Source: Balanoglossus misakiensis (lineage: Eukaryota > Animalia > Hemichordata). Taken from it: a DNA stretch of 64,000 nt. Below are positions 26,640 to 40,382 of this stretch, piece by piece. Location of the stretch: NCBI GenBank assembly GCA_040954595.2, contig CM082589.2:7685186-7749185 (forward strand). Reading direction: 5' to 3'. The position numbers and the translations under genes are program-made. The stretch's first letter is position 1. The number at the start of each line of letters is the position of its first letter. Below the pieces are notes generated by a model. The model was not told the origin of the DNA and ran no database searches. It saw nothing but the letters and a program-made list of their open reading frames with translations.

Positions 26640-28752
26640 AAATTTTAAAATCTAAAATGTACAAACAGTAACAGATAATGGATGCTAAGCTAATAAGTTC
26701 CCAAAGCCCCCGTTATCATTATTTAAACAAATATATTCGCATACGACCCTATCAGAGTGTGACCCACATCGGTCTAGACGCTGCGGATCACAGTTCATTT
26801 GCATTTTAACGAATTGTTGGTTATATCCCATATTTCAAAGACCACGTGATCAAATCAATTCAACTTTGCTCTTTCACATCACGCGAGGACATTCAGTTCA
26901 GTTCATATCTAGGTCGAATATAATTTTACGATTTAGGCTGTCTCCGATTAGAAAGTTTCACTACCTCCTTGGTGAATTGATGTGTTGTTCAACTTATTTA
27001 GGAACTGCAATGTTAACGAAGGTGCACAGATGAAACAGCAGTGCAACTCGATCACAGTGCTAGTTCAACTCTTTCACCAACTTGGGTCATTCAAAAACCA
27101 TTGTTTTTTATGGCAAAGTTGGACATCTAAAGAAGGGACTATGGGTGAAAGGGTAACAGACAAGACAGAAAGACAGACAGACAGGCAGGCAGGCAGACAG
27201 ACGGGCAGGCAGACAGACAGACAGACCTACAGGCAGGCAGACAGACAGACAGACGGGCAGGCAAGGAGGCCGAAAAAAGTTACACATAGCGCGCTAACAT
27301 TGATAAATATTTTAACATGTCCAATGCCCCTATTTACCGTCTGTATGTTTTTTTTCAACAAATACACCATTTTCTTTTTCTATAAAAATTGTCAAATTTA
27401 TCATTTTGTTTGTGTGAATTCTATGTACCAGTAACAGGTTGCATTATAAATAAACCTGGTATTTGCCAACAAAGATATCAATTACAGAGTAAATTGAATT
27501 CAAAACACAATTGGAAATATTTTGGGATAATTAATATTTCATTGTAATAAACTCAGCGCAGTACACACTCGACATATGTATCATATTGTTTTGGTTTGGT
27601 TTGGTTTGGTCATCAATGATAGAATACCACATTCTCCCCAAGTACAACGAATACTACTAGTTTTGCACGCATTTTATCGGTATGCAATTATCCTAAAATA
27701 GTTTCAATCGTGTTGTCTTACACCCGTGTACGTTATTTCTCATAACAATTAGGTGAAATATGTGAATGTACAATTTAAATTAAGAATATCCCGACTCTTT
27801 TTTTGATGTCGCGAGTGAATAGAGAAAATTAGCTTTGTTTGGTGTCACTGTACATGGCTTCACATGTACTGCTCATCTGCTGGACTAGTTACTCGAGCTC
27901 AGACCAAAATACCGCGCGATCAGGTCACATGTTAACAGTCTAGGCCGGCTAACAAACAATTTAGCATTTGACTGTTGCCAACTCATTGGTCGTTGGCCAC
28001 AGCAGGGTAACACACAAGACCAAAACAGACAGACAGATAAACAGGCAGGCAGACAGATAGAAAAAAGTTACAGATAACGGGTTAAGTTTTATAAACCTTT
28101 CAACATGTCCAGGCCCCATTCACCATTTACTTTTATCCACAAGCTGTTTTTCAACAAAAAACACAATTTGCTATTTTCTTTAACAATTGTCAAATTTCTA
28201 ACTTATTTTTCAATCATTGTAAGAACCAGTAACATGTTGCCTTATAAATAAAATGTACAAAAAGCAACAGATAGTGGGTGCCAAAGCCCCCGTTGTCATA
28301 ATTTTCAACAAATATATTTGCATACGACCCTATCAGAGTATGGCCCACATCGGTCTAGACGCTACGGATCACAGTTCACTTGCACTTTAACGAATTTTTG
28401 GTTTATAGCTCATTTTTCAACGACCACGTGATCAAATCAATTCAACTTTGCACTTTCACATCACGCGAGGACATTCAGTTCAGTTCATATCTAGGTCGAA
28501 TATAATTTTACGATTTAGGATGTCTCCGATTAGAAAGTTTCACTACCTCCTTGGTGAATTGATGTGTTGTTCAACTTATTTAGGAACTGCAATGTTAACG
28601 AAGGTGCACAGATGAAACAGCAGTGCAACTCGATCACAGTGCTAGTTCAACTCTTTCACCAACTTGGGTCATTCAAAAACCATTGTTTTTTATGGCAAAG
28701 TTGGACCTCTAAAGAAGGGACTAGGGGTGAAAGGGTAACAGACAAGACAGAA

Positions 28753-28789
<37 letters not shown>

Positions 28790-29639
28790 GGCAGGCAGGC
28801 AGACTGACAGACGGGCAGGCAAGGAGACAGAAAAAAGTTACACATAGCGCGCTAACATTGATAAATATTTCAACGTGTCCAATGCCCCTATTTACCGTCT
28901 GTGTGTCTTTTTCAACAAATACACCATTTTCTTTTTTCTATAGAAATTGTCGAATTTATCTCTTTTTTTGTGTGTGTGAATTCTATGTACCAGTAACATG
29001 TTGCATTATAAATAAACCTGGTATTTGCCAACGTAGAATCCTATTACAGAGTAAATTGAATTCAAAACACAATTGGAAATATTTTGGGATAATTAATATT
29101 TCATTGTAATAAACTCAGCGCAGTACATGTAGCATACACACTCGACATATTGTATCATGTTGTTTTGGTTTGTTTTTTTTTGTTTGTTTTTTTTTGTTTG
29201 GTTTTGTTTGGTTTGTTTATCAATGATAGAATACCACATTCTCCCCAACTACAACGAATACTAATATTTTGTACGCATTTTATCGGTATGCAACTATCCC
29301 AAAATAGTTTCAATCGTGTTGTCTTACACCCGAGTAATTATTTCTCATAACAATTAGGTGAAATATGTGAATGTACAATTTAAATTAAGAATATCCCTAC
29401 TCTTTTTCTGTTGTCGCGAGTGAATAGAGAAAATTAGCTTTGTTTGGTGTCACTGTACATGGCTTCACATGTACTGCTCATCTGCTGGACTAGTTACTCG
29501 AGCTCAGACCAAAATACCGCGCGACCAGGTCACATGTTAACAGTCTAGGCCGGCTAACAAACAATTTAGCATTTGACTGTTGCCAACTCATTTCTGACCT
29601 CGGTCGTTGGCCACAGCAGGGTAACAGACAAGACCAAAA

Positions 29640-29690
<51 letters not shown>

Positions 29691-29880
29691 GGTAGAAAAA
29701 AAAGTAACTGATAGCGGGCTAACATTTATAAACCTTTCAACATGTCCAGGCCCCATTCAGCATTTAATTTTATCCACTGCAAGTTGTTTTAAATTTCAAA
29801 AACACAACATGCTATTTTCATTAACAATTGTTGTATGTACCAGTATCATGTTAACTTATAAATAAACCTGGATTTTGCCG
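26640..29880. repeat. Local ~1.58-kb tandem duplication of the segment present once at ~8500-10380
   Basis: The blocks at 26700 and 28281 (CCAAAGCCCCCGTT..CATACGACCCTATCAGAG..) are colinear; the ORF-track twins 26982 and 28564 reflect this. Confidence 0.85.
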
Positions 29881-31561
29881 ACAAACTGAACAAACCACGT
29901 GTAGTTTGTCTCTGATAACAAATTAAGTGAAATTTATGAATGTCAAATTAAATAAACGTGAATATCCCGACTCTTTTTCTGATGTCGCGAGATAATAAAG
30001 TAGAGAAAATTGCAAGTATGTTTGGTGGCACTGTATGCCCTATACATGGCTTGTGAAGTGAAAAAAAGTAGAGCCCTTGTACAGCTCGTCCATTGGACTA
30101 GTTACTAATTTTCTTTAAAATTATAGCTTTTTGTCCTGTAACAAAAGAGATTTTACTTGTTTATACACATTTTAGCCTATTCGTACAATTCTAATTGCAG
30201 GGATAAAAAGTCAACACCAGCCAACCAACTAGACAAACAAACAAAACAAATAAAGAAACAAACAAACAAACAGATAGACAGTAATACAGACAGAAATACA
30301 GGCAAGTCAACAAAGAAACAAACCAACACAATCAACAAACAAACAAACAAACAAAATAAAAACCAAACGCTGCAGTGAAGTATGAGATACAGTCCATTAC
30401 AATTCTCGTCACACACGTCTACAATGTATATACATGGTACTAGATCGACAGAATGATCAAGAGATAGATCGATTGATAGATCGAACGATACATAGATACA
30501 TACATAGATACATAAATTACCGTCTATAAGCCATATAACTATGACTTTCAGTTCCCATATGCTTTGCCACTGTCACCAGTTTTTACATTTCAATTCTGAG
30601 TACCAGTAATATTAATTGAGGATCATAAATAATGTTACTGATATTCTCCACAAAAGAAAACCAATTACACATCGAGTACACGGAGAGGTGGGGTGATGTA
30701 GTGACCTCCTATGACTAATTGGCTGGATGATTGACGAAGCCGTGGCCACGCTACCAATTTTCAATATCCAAGAGTATTATTATGGATATTGTAGCCTAAA
30801 CATTTCGAGTGGAACGCTAGTTTTTTAGGGATATGTCCTATACACACCTAATACCAATATGAAGCATAAAATCCAATATGTGGGTTTTCAGTGAATCTAT
30901 ATAGACATTTCCACATAAGAATCAAACAGCGCCCTTGTGGCCTGAGTGTATATTTTTAAGAAAAATCATGTAAGCACTCGATCGCTCTCGACAAAGGGGG
31001 TTATTTTCAGTAACCAATGAACATAACCACTTGGTTGAGATCTTTTGGGATAACGTCGGGGTGGTAGGAACGGGTAAGTGCAGTGCTGAAAAAAAATGAA
31101 AATAGCAATACCTTTACAGTACTACATGTACTATGAATAAAGCATATGTTCCTTCCTCCTCATAACTATACCTTGCAGTATCATGATAAAATGCTGTCCA
31201 ACCAGTTTCTTTTGAGTATTGATATATTTGGAAAGGAGCACGACAGTGATCATAGTTTTCTTCCAATAAACGTATAAGAAAGTCCTAAGGTACTCTTTAA
31301 CACGTGTTTAAGCAAAAGTACAACGTCCACAGCGTCGGATATAAGGCATGGGTCAATAGCATGTAAGTTGATAGGAAAGGGATAAAAAAGGTAAATCTTT
31401 CATTATGCGGGTACTGGTGCCTGGATAGTTGATGTTTGGCTCGTACGAGACGAGACTTTGAAATGGGTTGAAAACTCAATTAAGCTGTTTGTAATTTAAT
31501 ATGCATGGAATTACAAGTGAGATGCATTGTTCAATGGAACAGAAATAAAACTTCAAATGCT

Positions 31562-31661
31562 TATAAGGGCACTGTTCTGCGTGCAGTTTGTGTGGTAACT
31601 TGGTACAAAGTCACTCGTTCGACTTTCACCATCTGCTTGACAAACAGCGGCGAAAACGAAG
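31562..31661 (+). promoter_or_regulatory. Putative TATA-like box and non-coding first exon of protease copy C
   Basis: TATAAG at 31562, donor AAG|GTATGT at 31661/31662 and acceptor at 32110. Homologous to the copy B block. Confidence 0.45.
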
Positions 31662-32142
31662 GTATGTTTCTTAAAACTTTCACTATTCGGTAGAGCTAGT
31701 CTCACGCGTGTGTGGAACTAGTGTTTGTACACTAATGCCACGCTTCTTAAACCAGTCAGTACAATTTTGTACGTCGACAAATATTTTTTTTTCAACTTTC
31801 ACTATCTACTTTATACACAGCATTCGGCAAGTTTATTTTCACACGCGTATGTATGCACATTCATTATAATAATGAAATGTCCCAAACACATATGGTTGAA
31901 AAATGCCACTTTTTTGAGAGAAAAAAATAAAAAATTCGGACAACTTGATACCTGTATGAAGTCTCCTGTTCGACTTTTTTCCAACTGATTGATAATAGAC
32001 ACATAAATCCATACAACGGAACAGAAATTATTTTCTATTTTGAACGAGTTGAATTGTCCTTACATTTTCCTTACATTAATTAAACCATTCCAATTTATTT
32101 CATCGCAAAGACTGCGTTATCCATAACATTTCATCTCACACC

Positions 32143-33165
32143 ATGGCATTTCAGACAATCATGATCACATCGCGATCCACGGCGATATGGTTCTGCGTGT
32201 TTGCACTGCTTGCGGTGCAGATCACAGCAGCCAGCGCAAATAAGAGGAAGATTGAGGAAGAGCGAAGAATCCGTGCGCTGCGTCCGAGCTTCGTCAAACG
32301 TGAAACTCAAGCGCCACTGATTCATGCTGGAGACGAGAAGATAGAAGAGGAATACATTGTAAAACTGAGGGTTAGTAGATGTTGTGGTGAACACATATTT
32401 ATTGATTACAGAAAGTATGTTAGAGCCATGTGCTTTCCAGATTAACAGTTCCGTACGCAGCTAAACGGCACGTTGTCTATGCCTATAGAACCGCCCACAT
32501 CGACAAGTATGGATGGACCGTTAATAAACCCATGCTACATAGACTGATCGCGTGTATTTAGAAAAGTTAAACAAAATGAAAACACGTCACAGTCTCGTTA
32601 AAACTGTCATACTAGATTCAATGTTATATTATTGGGTTTCTATAAACATTCCATATGTTTAGTTGGGCGCGGAATACTAAGCAGAGTAGAAGTTGCTGTT
32701 TGTTTCATTTGTTTGGCGTTTTCCAGAATCTGGAATTTCTCGCAAATTATATACACGCTCAGACTATCGAAAATTATTTCCAACATGTTAAATGATGATG
32801 TTTTTCAGCCGTGTATCCAAAACGAGGGACACAGTACACGTGGCAACCAGTACTAAGGATACAAACATTCATAACTTAACATTATCAGTTTTTTAAACAA
32901 GCTGTAACATAGATAATTACATGTTTTGCATCCACTTCTCACAAACAATATACACTGTCATCTCATTTTATTCAGGACGACCTTACTGATGAAGAACTGG
33001 CCGCATTCGAAGCCAAATTCCAAGCACTTGCTGAAGAGCATGGCTTACATATTGATTTTCAAATAGATTTGACAAGCCTGATGAAAGGTTTTGTTGCCAG
33101 AGTTCCTGCGGACGCAGTCGAAATAGTATGTGCGCATTTCATTGTTTCCAAAGCCTCTGGCCATA

Positions 33166-33240
<75 letters not shown>

Positions 33241-36200
33241 ATGTCTGTCTGTCTGTGTATGTATGTGTATGTATGTGTGTGTATGTATGTATGTATGTAT
33301 GTATGTATGTATGTATGTATGTATGTATGTATGTATGTATGTATGTATGTATGTATGTATGTATGTATGTATGTATGTATGTATGTATGTATGTATGTAT
33401 GTATGTATGTATGTATGTATGTATGTATGTATGTATGTATGTATGTATGTATGTATGTATGTATGTATGTATGTATGTATGTATGTATGTATGTATGTAT
33501 GTATGATGTATGGATGGATGGATGGATGGATGGATGAATGGATGGATGGGTGGTTGGGTGGATGGATCCATGCATTTTCTTTTCTTTTAGAAATACATTT
33601 GGTCCCTACGTTTTTCCATTTAGCTCCGTTGGCTGGATGAAGTAGAGTTTGTTGAAGAAGACGAAGTTATCCATGGAAATGTAGAGTGGGGTTTGGACAG
33701 GATTGATCAGGCTGACTTGCCTTTGGATGATGTTTACTCATCAGCACCACTAGGTAAATCTGCACCTTTCTTGATATTAACCTTAAACTCATTTTTGAAA
33801 TATTTGACGTCGGAATTGTTTTTTTCCAATATAAGGATGGAGCTTCCTCATGTAATACACCTCAATGTTAAGTGCCCAGCGATCGTTAACAATACGTACA
33901 ACTCTTTTTTAAATCACTTATCACTTGAGTTTGACTTCGCCAGCTTCATTTGTTAAGTCGACATTGAGTGTACATGTATGTCTAACAAAATGGTTAATTT
34001 GACTACCGTTTATTCAATTAGCTGAAATTATTTTTTTTTAAATCATGATCGCAATAACTTAAGTATTATTTATTTATTTTTTATTTAAAGGGGACGGTAG
34101 TGGCGTGAATGTCTTTGTATTGGATACTGGCATACGTTTCTCACATAACGAGTTTGGTGGTAGAGCATTTTCATTTTACGACGCCTTTTCAGATGGACAA
34201 AATGTGAGTTGCAGTATATATAAGACGCCATTGTTTGAGAAGAATAGAATCAAAGGACAATGTTTCCAAGGTTCTTCTGTCGTACTACGGATAGTGTGTT
34301 TGTTGTGAGAAAAACATTTCTATGACAAATTCACGTCTGAAATTGTTGCATGCACTGTGTTGTATATTTTGCCGAAAAAAGGGGTGAGTGTTACAATGAA
34401 CACGACAGAAACCAATTTTATTTCGCCTGTTTCAAAACAATATCACCTTTGATCCTTGTTGCGTTTGTGAGACAATCAAAGAGCGATCGGGATATATACA
34501 ATGACAATACTTCTGGATATATTGCGTGTTTTTCAGGGGAACGACTGTGACGGACATGGTACTCACTGTGCTGGTACTATTGGTGGAAGCACTGTTGGTG
34601 TTGCACCTGGTGTTACATTGTATTCGGGTCGTGTTTTGGATTGCAGCGGTAGTGGGTCAAACAGCGGTGTTATTGGAGGTAAGACTGAATCATCGTAATT
34701 AGTGTTCAATTATTACACCAAAATAATTGATAAAAATAAACATCGCTGTTTTAATTCAAGGTGAACGAAATATTTATCGCGAAATCCGTACAAAATTGTC
34801 CCAAACTATAAAAAAAATCTCCTTCATAGACGCGCACAGTAACAAGCTTCTTGTGATTTTTCTTTACAGGTATGGATGCAGTCGCTGCTTCCAATATGAA
34901 ACCAGCAGTGGTCTCCATGTCGCTGGGCGGTGGATATTCCTCGTCCCTGAATTTAGCAGCCAAACGGTTAACCGATGCTGGGTACATCTTGGTTGTTGCT
35001 GCTGGAAACGACGATACAGACGCGTGTAATACGTCACCTGCTTCGGCTCCTGAGGTATTATATTTGAAGTATATGGCAAAGACAATTAGAATATATTGAG
35101 GCATGAATCCAAGCAGAAATCTGACATGCGATCAACAAGAATATGCGTGCCATCTGAGAAATGAATAAAATGCAGTGTTAACGCCCCTGTGTGTAGCTGC
35201 ATCTGTTTGTATTTAGCTCAGCAAAGTCTTCACCAAATGTTATGAGTTCTGATTTTGATTTCAGCGTGAAGTATCCATATAGCGACGGTTAAAGTACCTT
35301 CCGCTCCTGGCCATTGTACATGTATTCGTTTCTGAAAATATCCTGCCCGCGTCCATTGTCCATATTCAAATTCCACTGTGTGTCATACATGACCAGACTA
35401 AACCACAACTACATGTAACTGATATACTTCGGCAACTGTTTCTGTATGTTACAGGCAATTACGGTGGGAGCTACTGAATCTGACGACGATTTAGCTTGGT
35501 ATTCTAACTACGGCAGCTGTGTTAATATTCTGGCACCAGGAAGTGACGTCAGAAGTGCTTCCCACAGTGGAGACGCCAGCTACACGAGTAAGAGTGGAAC
35601 TTCGATGGCAACTCCTCACGTTGCTGGTAAGAGTGTCTTGATATATTCTGAGGTCTTCATGTATTCTGAGGGCACGCTCTAAGAAAATATATGTAACGTT
35701 TAATCAAGGAGAGTAAATCATAGTTAACACAATGATGAACGGATCAAATACACATTAAAATGCGATTTAATTTAATCAAATCCGGTAATCTCAGAATTGG
35801 AAATGGACAAACAGGGGACATTATACCAGTAGTTTGCGGTTACATGAATCAGTTGTAATAATGATATTTTAAAAATACTCAGTACTTCAATGATCTCTAT
35901 ATATAAGAGACGGTGATTAACTTAGGCCAAGTAAAAAAAATATGTGCTGTTCCGATTACATGGTTTTCAAAAATAGGGTAGGAAGGTAGGGAAGTTTTTT
36001 TATTTTGTAATTTTTTTATTTCTCCGGCCGCCGTGGTGTTACAGTAGAAGACTGACGTCATAGTTCTTGCGTGATTCTCGCAATTTTCATAAATTTTGTA
36101 TATTTGACATTGTTCGTTTCTACTTCCGGTTAAGGAAGCTCTAAAATGTTTAGGGTCGGCGGGTTAACATTAGGGTAGGTCGGGTAATCGGAAAAGCACA

Positions 36201-37529
36201 TATTTTTTTAATTTGGCCTTATAATCTTCAGCCAATCCCAATTAATGTCGACAGAATTGAAGGAATCATGTCTTCTGGCGTTCCTGTAATATTCTCTCTG
36301 TTTCCTCTCAAGGTGTTGCTGCCCTGCTGCTTGAACAGGACTCGTCTCTCACACAAACGGCGATGTTAAACAAATTGTTGGAAGCCGCCCAAACAGGAAA
36401 AATTGACCTGTCCCGCCTGTCTGATAGTTCATCGACACCGAATAAACTTCTCAATATTCCGAGTGAGTTGACACACCATTTGTTCCATCGTAAATCAGTC
36501 ACCACCAGGAAGTATGCATCATTCCTGCTCCCAAAAACCACCACCACCACAACAACAACAAAACAAACGAACAAACGAACAAACAAACAAACGAACAAAC
36601 AAACAAACAAACAAACAAGAAATTCCTTCCCACACTTCTCGCTGTCCACCAAAAATTAGACCCCAGCTCTACTGGTCAGTGTATAACCAGACGTTCGCAT
36701 AATTAATGAGGCCAAGCGAAACGCGAAATTTTATATTCGTTTGTCCATTTGACATGACTAAGACTTAATAGTGTATGTGAACACATATAATGTTTGGGGT
36801 ACAAGTCTTACAAGAATCTGGCACAATGTTGAAATTGAATATGTAGACATAACAGATGCTAGTGACGGAAAGTGAACAAAATTAAATACATCACCATGCT
36901 TTTACACCATTCATTTTTTCTTTGTGCCAAATTTCGTACAGCCGCAACAGTGTTCCACGTTGTAGGCGCTGGTGGACGATACACCTTGGACTTCTTCGAG
37001 GCTGTGAGTGCGTGCAGTTCTGTCAATGCACGCATGGCAAGCTACGGTGAACTGGTAGCAGCCTGGGAACAAGGTCTGGAAGAGTGTCGGGGTGGCTGGT
37101 TGGTTGGTCGACGTGTGGCATACCCCATGCAAAGAGTGGACAGTAACTGCGGAAGCAGAATCGGAGTCATTGATTGGGGATTCAGACCCACAAGCGAACA
37201 GTATGATGTGTACTGTTATCCAGAAGGTGGGAAATGCCGCACGCTTGCATTTCACATACAGTGTTTTGTTATGGACTGAGTGTCGCTTGACGTGTATGTA
37301 AAAGAGCGTTAGCTGAACCAGTTAACTCTTCATGACATTCACTGCATTAATATGCCCGATAACTGGAGATTTCAGTGTTTCACAAAAGAAGTGTTAACGA
37401 CGTAAATGGCCTATTTTCTTGTCTCAGATGGTCAACAATAGGCAACAGCTTTGAATGGACAAATGCATTTTGATCTTTTGTGAATTTTATTTGAAACAAT
37501 GTCATGAAGTTTCTATTTTAGCAACACAT

Positions 37530-37599
<70 letters not shown>

Positions 37600-38341
37600 C
37601 AGACAGAGAGAGATTACTTGGACACAAGCCACATGAGTCAAAATGACATTTAACCATAACTGACGAAGTGGCGTTCAGCTCAAATAATCAAAATTATTTC
37701 CATGTTCTGATATCATTTTAGTGTCCAAAATAGAATGCATTTAAAGCAGTAAAATGTGGTTTTATTTTCCAGTAATAAAAGTGTTCCACGTTGTTGGCGC
37801 CGGTGGTCGATACTCCTTGAACTACGACTCTGCTAGGACTGCGTGCACAAATAACCAAGGACGCATAGCAACGTACGATGAATTGGTAGAAGCTTGGGGC
37901 CAAGGTCTGGAAGAATGTCGGGGTGGATGGTTAGAAGGTGGACGTGTTGCATACCCCATGCAAAGAGTGGACGGTAACTGTGGCAGCAGAATAGGCGTCA
38001 TTGATTGGGGAATCAGACCCACAAGCGAACAGTATGATGTGTACTGTTATCCAGAAGGTAAGAAAAAAATTCCAATAATATTCACACTACAATTTCCCTG
38101 TTTTGGCCTGTTTGTGAATCAATGAAGAGTTGTCAAACATTAACCAGAAAAAGACAGTATACGTCTCAGCATCGTTACATTCAAACAAGTTTTCTTTCGT
38201 TTAGATATTTCCCAATTGTGTTCGAATACGTGCCGTTACCCTGGAGATAACGAATGTGATGATGGTGGACCCAATTCACAATACAGCCTCTGCGACTACG
38301 GAACCGACTGTGATGACTGTGGACCCCGCCCTCCACTGTGA
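32143..38341 (+). CDS. Subtilase-Link-Link gene copy C, 658 aa, with intact Cys-rich C-terminal module. Exons 32143-32370, 32976-33125, 33624-33753, 34091-34203, 34537-34678, 34870-35054, 35455-35626, 36313-36462, 36942-37226, 37773-38057, 38205-38341
   Basis: Same motifs and exon phases as copy B; the spliced CDS is 1977 nt and open. The last exon reads [45 protein letters not shown]. Confidence 0.9.
33166..33567. repeat. Compound (TGTC)n(TATG)n(GGAT)n microsatellite in a prodomain intron of copy C (shorter in copy B, 14355-14550)
   Basis: Tetranucleotide runs; these explain the spurious YVCM/HTYI ORFs. Confidence 0.97.
35925..36218. mobile_element. Tourist-like MITE in the intron after the catalytic-Ser exon of copy C, TTA TSD (right part only in copy B, ~17335-17545)
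   Basis: GGCCAA..AAAAAAATATGTGCT.TTCCGATTAC / GTAATCGGAAAAGCACATATTTTTTT..TTGGCC flanked by TTA. Confidence 0.8.
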
Positions 38342-38524
38342 ATCAGCCTTCACTGAAACTCACAAGGGAAGATGGACATCATTCGCGGTAACACTGCGGT
38401 GCATGCATGAAAAAATGACAATAGATTAGGATTTTCATCTCTCTCTGTAGCATGACAGTATACGACTTTTAAATTAAGCTACCCTCTCGGGTAGCTATCG
38501 TTGCTACTGGTATTATCTTTTGGG

Positions 38525-38530
38525 AATAAA
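38525..38530 (+). terminator. Candidate polyadenylation signal of the protease gene (also 1619-1624 and 19856-19861)
   Basis: AATAAA ~185 nt after the terminal TGA position, at the equivalent place in all three copies. Confidence 0.4.
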
Positions 38531-38627
38531 CATATTGGTTATTGCATTGATATGTTGTCATGGCATTAATATACTTATTTCTTTCGTCAAAAGTTACAAA
38601 CTTACGTGACATATACTTAATCACAAC

Positions 38628-39027
38628 AAAGGTGAAATTTGTCTTCCCCAACAAGCGTATTTGCATATTTTCCATGGGTTATAGCTCATGAAAACTGTCA
38701 ATAGATGACAAATTTTCGACTTTGCTGATGATTGTTTATCAACTGATACAAAGAACAAACAATATCTATGAAAATACGCCTAGTCTGTCGCCCAGTGACA
38801 CCTATCGGAGAATGGTATCACCCACACCATGGTGGGCGGAAGTTGGTCCTGGCGCTTTTTTTCCCATGATTCAAATTACAGTAAACGCCATATTGGAAAT
38901 TCTGCCAACTTTCACTAGATTTTGTAAAAAATCGCGCGACCTATACATGGCGAATATGATTTTTTCTGAAAGAGTGACATCAAAGCTACCAAATTATGTA
39001 GAAATCAGCTACGACGGATTTCCCCTT
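38628..39027. mobile_element. Non-autonomous DNA transposon (Kolobok-like ends) at the junction between the protease and NLR blocks
   Basis: Imperfect TIR AAAGGTGAAATTTGTC / GACGGATTTCCCCTTT(AA). It lies between the end of protease-array homology (~38610) and the start of NLR-unit homology (39037). Confidence 0.5.
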
Positions 39028-39898
39028 TAATATCAATACATTTATCTGGAGAAGTCACGCCCACATCTTTACTTCTAAACGTGGTTAAGACAAACAGAAT
39101 GAGCTATTTCAACGTTGAGCGCGTACTACACACGTCCAGCGTGTACCGCACATATGCAAAATTCCTTCACAGAAATTTAAATTTTCCAATTACTGAAATA
39201 TACAACAAGCCCCGGAACAATGACCCGATACTGTAATATTGGTGATTTAGATTCTCCGTCTTGAATGAAAATGAAAGGTGACCCGCTTAAATTGGAATAT
39301 GGGTGCGAATGAAATATATTTACACTGCGAGACAAATCGTAGTGAGTCTTGTAGTGTGGCAAGTATTTGGGGGAAAACAGTGGCTCACAATGTGAGCAAT
39401 ACATTTGCTTTATATTTCATATTCATAACATGGCCGGCGGCATTGAGAGCCAATTCAATGGAAAATCATGCAAGATACACGTATCACCAAGAGACTGAAC
39501 GCAACAAAATGGGTCAACCTAATTTTCATTATTGCAGTTTGCTTGGCAATTTATAATTTCAAAAACAACTATTAGGTCGATTCCGCCTGTGTGTTGATCA
39601 TATTGGCCGAAACGGCAGGGGTGTCCCAGCCAAAACAAAAATGGTCGCGAAAATAAGCAGCCGAAAACCTAAAACCTTCTATTCTTCGCCACATTTCATT
39701 TATTGGCTGGTCTGTCTAGTGTACCATCACCTCATCGATGCTAACTTTGAGGGGGGAAAGTAAACATTACTCAAATATTCATTTCCCCAGGTTTTTTTTA
39801 CGGAAGTTGCACAGCGGAGTGGAATTGATTGCCTTTATATCATGACATTCCGATGCGGGCGCGTATCCCCCTGATATCTGGTACGAAAACGAGGCTGA

Positions 39899-40041
39899 GG
39901 GGAATACCCTAAATCGTGCACGTCATAACACGTACTGGTGGTGTCCTAAAAGGAAAAACAAGTTACTTGTTCATTGTTGCTGAAGAGATATTTGCCCGAG
40001 ACGGAGTACAAGTTAGCGGTAAAATCACTGCGTAAGATAAG
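39899..40041 (+). promoter_or_regulatory. Putative NLR promoter and non-coding first exon with an imperfect kB-like site GGGGAATACCC (copy at 52178-52321)
   Basis: Donor AAG|GTAAAA at 40041/40042, and acceptor AAAG directly before the ATG at 40383. The kB-like motif is conserved in both copies but deviates from consensus. Confidence 0.3.
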
Positions 40042-40193
40042 GTAAAACTGACTTGAATTGTTCTTCTTATCTTTTTGCTAGTTTTGAAGTTGAAAAACCC
40101 GATGGGAAACACAGGACACTACCATGTGCTATGCTGTATGAAATTACCGATGCCTGACTGGGTTTACATATAACGGTATTGCATGAGCTTCTG

Positions 40194-40282
40194 TAGCTCT
40201 GTGTGGCAGGGCTGTGTGTTGAAAACGGCTATGTGGTTGAGGCATAGCCGTTAACAACACAAATCCCTGCCACACAGAGCTG
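40194..40282. mobile_element. 89-bp fully foldback micro-MITE with 9-bp TSD GAGCTTCTG in the 5'-UTR intron of the NLR (duplicate 52458-52546)
   Basis: AGCTCTGTGTGGCAGGG/CCCTGCCACACAGAGCT outer stem, with inner stems TGTGTTG/CAACACA and AACGGCTATG/CATAGCCGTT. TSD at 40185-40193 and 40283-40291. Confidence 0.85.
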
Positions 40283-40382
40283 GAGCTTCTGATAATCTCG
40301 TGCCCACTCGCATTTAGTTCAGTCTCCTGATGAGTGAGTCAGTAATCTAATGCATATCTTTTTGTGGTGTTGTCAACTAAAG

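Noticed and set aside
39015-39025. kB-like site GGATTTCCCC upstream of NLR copy 1
   Set aside because: It is part of the right TIR of the 38628-39027 element and is absent upstream of copy 2.
40327-40345. CTGATGAGTGAGTC hammerhead-like start near the NLR acceptor
   Set aside because: No complementary stem II or GAAA core follows.
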